Source: Octopus sinensis (lineage: Eukaryota). From it: a stretch of 64,000 nucleotides of DNA. The notes beneath the pieces were generated by a model. It worked only from the letters and a program-made list of their open reading frames with translations. It was not told the DNA's origin and searched no databases. Within the stretch, counting starts at the first letter, position 1. The number at the start of each line of letters is the position of its first letter. The stretch covers positions 71,300,001-71,364,000 of the forward strand of contig NC_042999.1 in assembly GCF_006345805.1 (NCBI RefSeq), read 5' to 3'. The position numbers were made by a program, and so were the translations under genes. This document shows positions 12,780 through 24,624 of the stretch, piece by piece.

Positions 12780-14420
12780 TTGGTAGAAATTACTTATAAG
12801 AACTAAAGGTATGTTTTTGCCAATGTTTGCAACGATAAACGCATTCTTTAAACGTGTTTACAAGAGAATTCTCTGAGAACAGGATGAGGCAGAGTTCATC
12901 GATACAGTGCGGACAAGAAGATTTCCCATTATTATATGGAAAGGACCTAGATAGAATATTCCATTCCAAATCAAATTGTTTATTATGTTTCTTCAGAGAT
13001 CAAATTAATTTATTCAGCCCAGTATTGTTGCGTTTATTGATGTGTCTAAATGTAGAGTAAAGGTTAGATATTCCTTTCGATAACTGAAATGAACTGCCTA
13101 TGTAAAAAATATATATCAGAACCAGAAGTGATTTTACATTGATAAACAGAGTTTCTAGTCTTAGAAGTACTGCTAAGGAAACGAATGTGATTGAAATTTA
13201 TATCAGAAATACTAATATCGTTGTTATTATTGTTCATAGAATGGTTGGTGTTAATAATATCAATGTTATTATTTTCATTAAGTGGATTTGTATTTAACAA
13301 CTTATTGTCATGCGAAGAGATGATTTGTGAAAGGTTTTTGGTGTTTGAAAACCCTATTCTGATTCGATGTGAATTGATAATAGAATGGTGTTTTGAATTT
13401 CTTAGGAAATTTCTATAGCTTCACGAAACTGGTAAGGGAGGTTGGATTTGATCTGCTTACCATATGGAATTATCAACCAAACAGTTTTACTTGGACATAC
13501 TTTGTTATTAGGGTAGTTATCTTTAAAAGTCCTAGATGTACTTTTATAACGAAAAAAGGGTCTTAAAGAACGGTTATCTCCCTTACACTGCAAGATCAAA
13601 TTTTTCGATGTAATGTTATTCGAACTAAAATTTATATTGTTATTACTGTTATGCCGTGATTTCATGGCCTGATTAATAGAGGTAAAATTAATGTCAGTAG
13701 GGTTAATATAGGTAATTTTTTTTCTTTATAGCCTGCTTTAAGTAAAGCAGAAATATAACATTCAGCTTTTTCGTTGAAGATATCAACATTGGCAGATAAC
13801 GTGGAAAGTCTAAGTGAAATATCTCTAATTAAATTCCTTGTAATAGCCTTTGAGTGATTTCTGAAAGAGCTAATATATTTCAAATTAGTATGGGAAATAT
13901 GAATCATTATATAAGTTAAGGGTAATATCCACAAAAGTTGGCTTTAGTTATATCATCGCCAAAAACGACATTTAAGCCCATGTTTCGGAAAAATTTAAGC
14001 AACCTATTTTTAACCCTTTGTAATTTTTGGTTAGAAACATTTTGAAGGTACAGTAAACAATCGTCATGATATAGAACCTCCATTGATGTTTGGGAATTGG
14101 TTAGCCATCTCGTAAAGGATATATATATACCGACAAAATCAGCAATTTGTGCTGAATGAGAACTCCCCATCGTGACGTTAAAACTATCAGGCTTATCTTT
14201 ACGGACCCACTGCTTATTTTCAAATTTAATGGTTGGTTTTCTGGCGGCTAACACGACATTAATTTCACACCTGGTGAGACCTGCCTTGTTGTGTGCGAAC
14301 CAGAGTGCGTTGTTGATTACAATTGGGTAAATAGAGGAATAGTAACTAGAAATATCGAACTGGATAAACTTCTTGTTATTAATAGAATTAAAACAGTCGG
14401 TCGCTTTGTTTTACATCATT
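12780..14420 (-). pseudogene. Decayed Penelope-like element (RT + C-terminal GIY-YIG endonuclease)
   Basis: Frameshifted motifs in order: CFNSINNKKFIQFDISSYYSSI, LAARK, WVRKDKPDSFNVTMGS, LYHDDCL, NHSKAITRNL..RLSTLSAN..IF, WLIIPY, VYQCKIT, YRCKHWQK. Confidence 0.8.
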
Positions 14421-14712
14421 TTATTTCCTTTGGAATAATACCAATGTTTTCTTCGAAACATATGTCGGAAGTATAAAGATTTGAATAAAACCTGCGTTTA
14501 ACTCCATTTCTTTATTTATCTGTTATGCAAAAACATTTTATTAAACCATGGAATTTCTACCTTTTAAGTAAGCTGTTACATCCTTCGTACTTACGTAAAT
14601 TTTTTGCTACCCTGGTAACTATTTATTTATTTTTTCCGTGTTATTTGTACACATTGAACAAATACACATACATATATATGTATGTATATATATATATAAA
14701 TATATATATATA

Positions 14713-15567
14713 AATTTATATATAGAGGGCATTATACATACATGCCAGAAGGCATTATACATACATGCCAAACGCTAAGAGGGACAATTAGTCATTTCTA
14801 CCAAAAATATTACTAATCCCACCGAATGCAATTTTTCAAAGTAAGACATTTAAAAAAATATAGACCTGTATCACAGTGATTTCATACTTACGTACTCATC
14901 AGCAGGCCTGAATGTATTATAAATAAGCAACGACCCTGCCCCGCTTAAGCTCGACATCAACGAAGCACATGGGTGAGTTTACATATATTACATCCGGATA
15001 AATGGCAAACTTTTACGAATTGCATTTCGGGAGAGGAAAAGTTTTTTCGGAATAAAAATTTAGCAATTAAGGACAACTACTTAATAAGGAAAACTTAACA
15101 AGAAATTGTCAGGTAGATAGCGTAAAAACCTCATAAGAGAAAAAATTTCGAAAATAATTATTTCTTATTGAACATATTAATTTATATATAGAGGGCATTA
15201 TACATACATGCCAGAAGGCATTATACATACATGCCAAACGCTAAGAGGGACAATTAGTCATTTCTACCAAAAATATTACTAATCCCACCGAATGCAATTT
15301 TTCAAAGTAAGACATTTAAAAACATTTAAAAACATTCGGTGGGATTAGTAATATTTTTGGTAGAAATGACTAATTGTCCCTCTTAGCGTTTGGCATGTAT
15401 GTATAATGCCTTCTGACATGTATGTATAATACCCTCTATATATAAATTAATATGTTCAATAAGAAATAATTATTTTCGAAATTTTTTCTCTTATGAGGTT
15501 TTTACGCTATCTACCTGACAATTTCTTGTTAAGTTTTCCTTATTAAGTAGTTGTCCTTAATTGCTAA

Positions 15568-15575
<8 letters not shown>
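14713..15575 (-). mobile_element. Hammerhead-bearing non-coding insertion: 466-bp-period tandem units plus 243-bp inverted arm
   Basis: 14713-14856 = 15179-15322 (direct); 15052-15294 is inverted at 15333-15575 (about 2 mismatches, 38-nt spacer); flanked by (TA)n. Confidence 0.8.
14862..14909 (-). ncRNA. Type I hammerhead ribozyme motif
   Basis: AGGCCUG-CUGAUGA-GUAC(GUAA)GUAU-GAAA-UCACUGUGA-UA-CAGGUCU: helix I 7 bp, canonical core, helix II closed by G-U, near-palindromic helix III, AUA triplet. Confidence 0.8.
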
Positions 15576-15610
<35 letters not shown>

Positions 15611-15816
15611 GTGAAATAGAAAGATGAATAATCTTGTAGTAGATTAATCAAAAGTTTAACCGATACCTTAGTAGCAAAAATCACAGCAGTAAACAGCACG
15701 GTTGGAGGTACAACCATATGGTGTTGCAACCGTGCGTTGGTGCGGATAATTGAAATTAAAATATTATTGGTGAATTGAAGAAATGGAGCTGAACGCAGAT
15801 TGAACAGAAATCATTT

Positions 15817-15910
15817 TATTTCATTCTACACGTGTTTCGAAAGGCACAATTTACCAAAATCCGATTGAATAATGGGACCATATTGTGTCTTTCTCTTCAG
15901 GAAGAAAATA
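15817..15910 (-). ncRNA. Type I hammerhead ribozyme motif
   Basis: UAUUUUCUUC-CUGAAGA-GAAAGACACAAU(31 nt)AUUGUGCCUUUC-GAAA-CACGUG-UA-GAAUGAAAUA; 12-bp helix II with one mismatch, palindromic ACACGUGU helix III, GUA triplet. Confidence 0.85.
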
Positions 15911-16065
15911 GGAAATCCGTTGGAAAAAACAAAAACAGAACAGAGGCGGAGCAAAAACAAATCGAACTAGGCTCCTAAGAGCCCATGGCGAGGGCTCTTA
16001 GGAGCCTAGTTCGATTTGTTTTTGCTCCGCCTCTGTTCTGTTTTTGTTTTTTCCAACGGATTTCC

Positions 16066-16159
16066 TATTTTCTTCCTGAAGAGGAAGACACAATATGGTC
16101 CCATTATTCAATCGGATTTTGGTAAATTGTGCCTTTCGAAACACGTGTAGAATGAAATA
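16066..16159 (+). ncRNA. Type I hammerhead ribozyme motif (mirror copy)
   Basis: Same motif on the opposite strand; its single change in helix II is A-U to G-U; predicted cleavage after 16149. Confidence 0.85.
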
Positions 16160-16205
16160 AAACGATTTCTGTTCAATCTGCGTTCAGCTCCATTTCTTCA
16201 ATTCA

Positions 16206-16291
<86 letters not shown>

Positions 16292-16669
16292 TTAAGCAAA
16301 AATGAAATAAAATAAATACATGTTTCTAAATAGAATCATGTGCTTACATATAATTGGTTCACCGCTACTCTGAAGTCCAAGATCTACACTTTTATTGAAA
16401 AAGTATCTGGCTTGAGAGTTGGCGAGAATCGGAGAATACCTGGTTAAAGAACGATCAAAGATTCAACTGCATGTGTGCGCATATTGAATTCTCTATCAGT
16501 CGGCAATGTTATTTATGAAAGATTTTGTATATAATGTTTTTTATGTCCTTGTATAAGCATCGACAGCAAAATTTCATCTTACTTGTGTATCCGATGTCAG
16601 ATTTTAGCCATGAATCCATCCATCCATCCATCCATCTATCCGTCCGTCCATCTCTCTCTCTCTCTCTGC

Positions 16670-16700
<31 letters not shown>

Positions 16701-16767
16701 ATATACACACAGAGCCACACGCATATATTACAACTCCCAGGACGTTGAAACTGTTCCCTTTCCTATA

Positions 16768-16808
<41 letters not shown>

Positions 16809-17066
16809 CGTGTGTCTGTCTGTCTGTCTGTCCGTATGTAATTATACATATGTATACATTTACATATGAACGTTTGTAATACTGCGAGAAAAATGCTACA
16901 TTATCTTAACCTGATTTTGAATTATAATTTACATGTATATGTGTGTATATGTATGTTGTTTTATGTACACACACGCATATATATGCATGTGTATAATGCA
17001 TGTGTATATCTGTATGCATGTATGTATGTGCATATCTGTCTATCTATATGCATATATACACATATA

Positions 17067-17425
17067 GGCGCCGGTCTGGCTGTGTGGCAAGCAGTTTGCT
17101 TTCCAACCACTTTGCTGTGGGTTCAGTCCCATTGCGTGACACCTCGATCATGTGTCTTCTACTATAGCCTCGGGCCGACCAAAGCCTTTTGAGTCGATTT
17201 GGTAGACGGAAACTGAAAGAATCCCGTGATGTATACACCTATGTGTTTGTGTGTCGTTTTGTCCATGTGCTTTTGTTGGTAAAAGATGTTTATATGCTTA
17301 CGCCCCCGTAACATAGCGGTTCAGAGAAAGATATTGATAGAATAAGTACCAGGCTTACAAAAAAAAAAAAAAAATTACCGGTGTCAACTGATTCGGCTAA
17401 AACTTCTCCAAGACTAAAATAAAAG
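17067..17425 (+). mobile_element. SINE family A (decayed)
   Basis: GGCGCCGGTCTGGCTGTGTGG head through GATAGAATAAGTACCAGGCTTAC. Confidence 0.8.
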
Positions 17426-17736
17426 AGATTCTCCTTACCTGCCGCAGACAGGCACTACTATAACTATATCTATTCACCAGACATTACCACTCTAGCTTCT
17501 AATCCATTCTCTAATCCATTAAGCATGCAGCAAAACTTAAAGAAGACCCCCGTACAATGCTTATCAGTAAAACAAATTATACAGCAGAACAACAACGAAC
17601 AGAGACATTAACGACAGAACAAAGAACATTTAACATACGCAAGGATTACCTTGCCACAATCTTGTATAAATTATCATTTGTAATTATCATAACCCTGCTA
17701 AAATTTCGTGCCATGTACTAAAATTTGAAGGTATTA

Positions 17737-17769
<33 letters not shown>

Positions 17770-18072
17770 TTTAAGTTAATTACCGGTAACTATTCACTTG
17801 ATAGCAGATATCAAGCTACTACGTGCAAGCATAAGAAGCTATGGGATTAGGACTTACGTAAAAATGTCATCAACTTATTAATTATCATTTGCAGTGTTAT
17901 TGCTTTTGTTAAAGGATAGACAATATCGTCCTTAGAATACGCAGCCCTGCCATAAATCAAACTTGCCAAGGCAAAGAATTTTGGAAGAACACTCCTAAGA
18001 AGAATACAATGAAGTTCAAAGACAACAAACCTAATATGTATGCACGTGTATGTATGTGTATGTATATATATA

Positions 18073-18301
18073 TTTCTTTATTGTCCACAGGGGGCTAAAC
18101 ACAGAGGGGGCAAACAAGGACAGACAAAGGGATTAAGCCAATTACATCGACTCCAGTGGGTAACTGGTACTTATTTAATCGACACCGAAAGAATAAAAGG
18201 CAAAGTCGAACTCGGTGGAATTTGAACTCAGAACGTAACGGCAGATGAAATACTGCTAAGCATTTCGCCCGGCGTGCTAACGATTCTGCCCGCTCGCCGC
18301 C
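18073..18301 (-). mobile_element. SINE family B
   Basis: Reverse complement of the 18686-18913 copy with scattered mismatches. Confidence 0.85.
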
Positions 18302-18324
18302 GTTTTTTTTAATAAAGTTTACAT

Positions 18325-18416
<92 letters not shown>

Positions 18417-18685
18417 TTATAGATATATCTATACATACATACACACACACACATATACAAACACACACACACACATATACAAACACACACCACACGCATG
18501 TATGCATCGTGAAGAGCCACTCCAGGATGAAACTCTAGGTAGACTGTCAACACTTGGTATAATATACCTATTGACTATTGTCAGCGCATTGAGTTCTATA
18601 TCAGATAATTTTAGCACTACGTAAGAAATTCAGGTATACATATATGAAGTATACATATATATAATAAGGTATACATATATTTAGA

Positions 18686-18913
18686 GGCGGCGAACTGGCA
18701 GAAACGTTAGCACGCCGGGCGAAATGCGTAGCCGTATTTCGTCTGCCGTTACGTTCTGGGTTCAAATTCCGCCGAGGTCGACTTTGCCTTTCATCCTTTC
18801 GGGGTCGATAAATTAAGTACCAGTTACGCACTGGGGTCGATGTAATCGACTTAATCCGTTTGTCTGTCCTTGTTTGTCCCCTCTGCGTTTAGCCCCTTGT
18901 GGGCTAAAGAAAT
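18686..18913 (+). mobile_element. SINE family B, well-preserved copy
   Basis: GGCGGCGAACTGGCAGAAACGTTAGC head, B-box-like GGGTTCAAATTCC, GTCGACTTTGCCTTTCATCCTTTCGGGGTCGAT body; at least 7 related copies in the window. Confidence 0.9.
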
Positions 18914-19204
18914 AATAGTCTTAGAATAATAGTCTTAGAATAATAAACATATAAACGGCTGTGCATCAGCATGGCCGCAGCTCTAAGCTGAAACTAGAAA
19001 AAAAATATGTGTGTAATTATATATATATCAATTATATACATAAATTGGTGTATGTATATAATCTATATATATATTTATATATATTATATGTATGCGTGCA
19101 TGTCGATAATAGAGTCCCCCATCGAAGACGACGTATGAGCATATTACCTGCACAAATGATTTGTTTATAATGACCAAATGTATGTGTTGTACAATAGCTC
19201 TCTA

Positions 19205-19368
19205 CTTCCATCAAATCGACGTGAACATGCGCACTGAGTACCTCGTGTCAGGTTCCGAAGTAATCGACGTGAGATGAAGTGTTTTGTTCAAGAACGCAAT
19301 GCACTAGCCGGGCTAGGAATAGAAACCACGATTATAAGTCCAACTCCCTAACCACTAGGCCATGCGCC
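19205..19368 (-). mobile_element. tRNA-derived SINE, family C (decayed)
   Basis: Reverse complement GGCGCATGGCCTAGTGGTTAGGG...GTTCTTGAACAAAACACTT matches the 63865 copy. Confidence 0.7.
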
Positions 19369-19378
19369 CTCATGTATG

Positions 19379-19419
<41 letters not shown>

Positions 19420-19455
19420 TGTGTGCGTGCGTGTGTGTGTATGTGTATACACATA

Positions 19456-19870
19456 GGCGCAGGAGTGGCTGTGTGATAAGTAGCTTGCTTATCAACCACA
19501 TGGTTCCGGGTTCATTCCCACTACGTGGTACCTTGGGCAAGTGTCTTCTACAATAGCCCCGGGCCGACCAAAGCCTTGTGAGTGGATTTGGTAGACGGAA
19601 ACTGAAAGAAGCCCGTCGTATATATGTATATATACATATGTGTATGTGTGTGTATATGTTTTTGTGTCTGTGTTTGTCCCCCCCAACATCGCTTGACAAC
19701 CGATGCTGGTGCGTTTACGTCCCCGTAACTTAGCGGTTCCGCAAAAGACACCGATAGAATAAGTACTAGACTTCCAAAGAATAAGTTCTGTGGTCGATTT
19801 GCTCGACTAAAAGCGGCGCTCCAGCATGGCCGCAGTCAAATAACTGAAACAAGGAAAAAAGTAAAAGAGA
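19456..19870 (+). mobile_element. SINE family A, near full length (CORE-like, internal TA/TG microsatellite)
   Basis: A-box-like GTGGCTGTGTGATAA, B-box-like GGGTTCATTCC, CORE-like ACCTTGGGCAAGTGTCTT, conserved tail. Resembles the octopus OR/OK tRNA-SINEs; exact family not assignable by eye. Confidence 0.9.
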
Positions 19871-22311
19871 GAATATGTGTATGTGTGTGTTTGTGTGCGT
19901 GTGTGTTTGTGTGTGTATCCAAGAAGCGAGAGAGAGAGAGAGAGAGAGAGAGAGGGACGGAGGGAGGGAGGGAGAGGGAGAGAGATAAAAAAGAGAGAGA
20001 AACTAAGCTAATATGAACTCCTTTCGCTTGTCGAGTTAGCTGAAACTTGAAGTTTCAGTGGTGATCTCGACTTTTTCAATTCAGTTTCCACATATGCGCG
20101 CACGAGTGAGTGCATGTATTCGTGTGTGTGTATGCGCGTGTGGTTGTGTGTGTGTGTGTGTGTGCGTGTGTGTAAGTGTGTGTGTGTGTGTAGTTGTTAG
20201 AGTGTTTATAATCGTTTGCCCAATGTGAAAGGTGAAATTTGCTGTTACGATTCAAACAATTTAACTTGTAATAAAATATATACACCCTTTTTTATATTCA
20301 ATAGCTACTCCCATTTTTGTAATGACAGTCATTTACAATCCATATGCACAGAAATATACGAATACGCACATACATATGTACATAGTTTTATTATAGTTTA
20401 TTACATGCCAACGATTTACAGAATTTTTTGTACATTGAAAAGATAACCTTGACATCATTTCTGATCGCTGTGCCGTGTATGCGACCTCTTTGTTAAGAAT
20501 TTTCTGATGTAATATAAATTTTTCCGGAATAATATTATGCTATTAAATGTTTTATTCAATAACATTAGCATATATTATTAATACTATTAATGGTTACTGT
20601 TGAAAAACAAATATTGTATGTACTATAATGTTAATAAAATAGACACATTCAATGAAATACCATCTGTCAAAAAAATATCCTTTATTTATAGTTTATCATT
20701 TATTTCTTGAATATTTTCTCGTACAAATTAGAAATAATTCAATAAAAGGGTTACATAAGGTGAATATAATTAACGAAATTTTGTCTGAGTATCAAGATAA
20801 TTTGGCATGCTGCTTTCCTATTCACAGGTTGAAATAAAACAGTTTCTGTTTATAGCAACAAATCGACCGCTTCGTTGGTTGCAGTTTACTTGAAACATTT
20901 ATAGTTTTGCAGTTATTTGCACACAAGTGGAGTATGTATTTGTATCTGTTTGTGTGGGTTAGCTTATCAATGATTATCTGCTACAGCAAACGTGGAATTA
21001 ATCATTTACAAAATAATACATTTATGTATACTTTGTAGAAAGATAATTCCAAGGTTAAAACGACTCAGCTAATCTAAATTCTGTTTGGTCACTTCCATAT
21101 GCTGACTAGTAATTTGTATAATTATCTACCCACACGTTTTGCTAAATCTACGAAACTGAAATATAAATATTCGATATCTATAAAAAGTACGCGTTCAGAA
21201 TTAGGAAAGTTTTATTTTTTACCCTAAATGAAACGCAGTAATACACTTCTTGTCATGCTCCTTAAAGAAATACTACTCCAAAACATACGTTGCTATTTAA
21301 TACATAGTTATTTTCCACTTTACTAGAGTTGGTTTTTACTAATGAATTATGAAAGTGTAACTGATACAATTGAACTATTATCTGAATTTTGTCAGAATAA
21401 ATTATACTTGTTTAGTTTTCAGTTATGTCCCTATATATTAACTGACCAGTAAATTGAGTGATAATCGATCATTAGTCATGCAATGATATTGGTCGATATT
21501 TTTTATATCTTCCTAACGGTGCATCTCAATGTTAGTAATCAAACAACTTATCAGTCTTACCAGCTCATTCAATCTAATTGATATTATGTATCGTGCATTA
21601 GAGAAACCACCGTTTCTCTAGCTTGTAATAGCGTGTACCTGTTCATTCGATTGGCTTGGAAAAATGTAAAACTTGTAGAAGCGTCATCCGTTACATCATT
21701 TATTGGGTCAATGATTCGTTGATGTAATTTTATAACAAATTATACATAACACGCGCACACACATACACACACATACATACACATTATTTTTTTTATGTAG
21801 ACTATGGCAGATAGATTTATTCATTTAATGTGATTCAGTCTGCAGAAAGGTGACTTAAAACATAACACTAGCTGCTCTTATGTATTAATGAGTGGAATGT
21901 TAACTAGCAGCGCAGATTCTAAAGCATCTTCCGATTAAAGGCATATGCCAGAGACTCGTTGCTCCTCCATGACATGGTATTTTGTTGTTGTAAGATCACA
22001 GGTCAACTCTTATCTAATATAAAGATCAATAACCAAAGTTGTTTCAGGCGTGGCCCTCTGATCGTTTTTGGTTTAGGACTACATTATCCAATGCCTTCTG
22101 TCGCTTTCTTCTAACTTGGTAGGATATATTTTGAGGGAGATTTTGCTTCTAATTCTAGCAGTCTGTGTGACGACATGACTGTTACTCTGTTGGCTTGGTT
22201 GAGTGTGGAGAGGTAGGTATATTTGTTAATCATTCACCGTAATTTTCGGAAATGCTTTATTTAGAAATTATTATTTGTTATGTTAATGTTATAGAAAAGA
22301 TTAATACTCTA

Positions 22312-22531
22312 CGAGGGGATGCTGAGAAGTCCTTGACTTTGAGTAAAAGAAAATACAGGAAGATTAGTTAATTATGAATTTATTTAACATATTCCCTCCG
22401 CCCACAAATTCATACACTTGTTGCAGCGGTCCTTCAGCTTTCCTAAACCTTGTAAAAGAACTCGGAAGGTTGGGCCTCCAACTAGGCCTTTGCGAAACCC
22501 TTAAAGTCAGGAACTTTCCAGCACCCCTTCG
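22312..22531. mobile_element. mariner-type MITE (220 bp)
   Basis: Imperfect TIRs CGAGGGGATGCTGAGAAGTCCTTGACTTT / AAAGTCAGGAACTTTCCAGCACCCCTTCG; TA on both flanks. Confidence 0.8.
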
Positions 22532-23729
22532 TACAGGCAGCTGACATGGAATATGGTTGTCGTAGTTTGAAGCAGCAATCTTTCTGAATTTGTATGTCTT
22601 TATCATCAAGCATTGGGGTAGATAAATTGACCCAATTATTTTACACTTCGGCGATGAGAAACATTACTTCATCAACAGGTAATGACACTATTGATTTATT
22701 TCCGGGGAGAGGTGAGAGAAAGTAATCAATTATATCGACCTTACTACAAGAATTGTGCTGGGAGTATTAAAGGAAAGGTCAATTCCGGAGGGGTTTGAAC
22801 TCAGAAGGGAGTTAGAAGAATAACTAAACAAATACCGCAAAACTTCTTAAATAGGCGTTCGAATCTCTCTTCATCCTCCGCTTACATTATGACAAAAGCA
22901 CCAAGAACAACGAAAATACAACGCAAACATGAACTCTTGCTGGTTAGAACTGCAAACAAGATTCACACCTTTTAGTCGGAGTGGACAGTTCTTTATATGA
23001 GGAAATCGAAAGCTACGATTCACGAAGTCATTTTATGCGATGTGTAAATATTTACAAACATTTTTCGTTATCAATCTTTGGTTAGCTAACAAAGAAATTC
23101 AATGGAGAAAACTAGACCATACGTCTCAGTTTTGCAGTGGCCACAAATGAATCAATATTTATTATAAAAATACAAATAATAATAGTAAAATAATAAATAA
23201 AAGAAACAAATAAAAATTTTAAAAATTGATGGAAGTGAGAAATGTTTTACCCAGGAGAGATATTTTGAAAAGTAATATTTTCTCTTGCTGCCTAAGGACT
23301 TGTGGTGCAATATTTTCTCTTGCCTAAATGAATGAGACGTAGAAATTTTACGTTATGTAAAATTTTTCATAAATTTACAAATCTTCATAGCATGTCTCAT
23401 TATGTTAAACATTTCGTTTACATCTTCGATGTTGTACTATATGGTCCTAAAATTAATGCGTGACCACTGTTAGATTGTCTTTGATCACATGTCTGTTTGA
23501 TCAAGGTTGACTAGTAGCTAAAAGGCAAAAAATCGAAGTGATACAAACAATAATTTAAAGCCTGTGCTAACATAGACTAAAGATTTTGTGCATGTGTGTG
23601 TGACTGTATTTGCGAGTGCCTATATATAAATTTACATACATACATAAATACATATATATATACATAAATACATATATATATATACATAAATACATATATA
23701 TATATACATACATACACATACGTATATAT

Positions 23730-23821
23730 ATATACATACATACATACATACATACATACATACATACATACATACATACATACATACATACATACATACA
23801 TACATACGTACATACATACAT
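23730..23821. repeat. (CATA)n microsatellite
   Basis: Direct reading. Confidence 0.9.
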
Positions 23822-24624
23822 ATGTGTGTGTGTATGGATGTGTGTATGCCTGTGTGTACTTTTGTATATGTTTGAACGTGTGTTAATGTAAGTAATTTTG
23901 CGCGCATGTGGTTCTGAGGTTAGAAATTTGTTTCAATATAAAAATAAAACGAAAATGTTTGTAAATTCAAATTTTATACTTGAACATATCGGAACCAACA
24001 AATATATTTTTTACTGAATTTTTATCTTCTTTCAGTTATTGAACAGCAACCGTGCCGGGGCATGGACTTGAAATGTTTCGTCAATCAAATCAATCGGTAC
24101 CAGTAATTATTTTAAGTGTGATACAAATTCCACCGAATGATTTTTTTGTACTCACATATATACTTACATATAGTGGAAGAGTAGTTCTTTTAGACATATA
24201 TTGGAAACAAGGCTAGGAAAGAAATTGATATTTTATTTTCAAATCTAATTGTACGTGCATGTGTGTGTGTGTCTGCGGGCACGCATACACATACAGGTAG
24301 AACAACGACTTCCGACTTTCCAGATACTGACGGCTTATCCTCTTTTAATCTTCACTAATGCACGAGCAGGAACTAATTCCAGCGGGCGCCAGACTAGTTT
24401 GTAGGCACCTTGCACAGACTTGCACATTACATAGTGCAGGATTAATAAAACTTGTAACATTTATACTAGTGTTCAGGTACCTGTATTTCATTTAATCATG
24501 TAAGTAAATTTAATAGTTTGACTAAAGTGACAAACCCTGGTTCGGAAAACAATCTGTAACTCGGAATGGCTTTGGAACGAAACGTTCCGGAAATTCGATG
24601 TTGTACCTGCATATATTACATATA

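Larger units (their letters stand above)
15609..16211 (-). mobile_element. Hammerhead-bearing foldback insertion (220-bp arms, 7-nt loop)
   Basis: 15765-15984 and 15992-16211 are reverse complements (about 2 mismatches); the left copy extends to ~15609; (TA)n on both sides. Confidence 0.85.
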
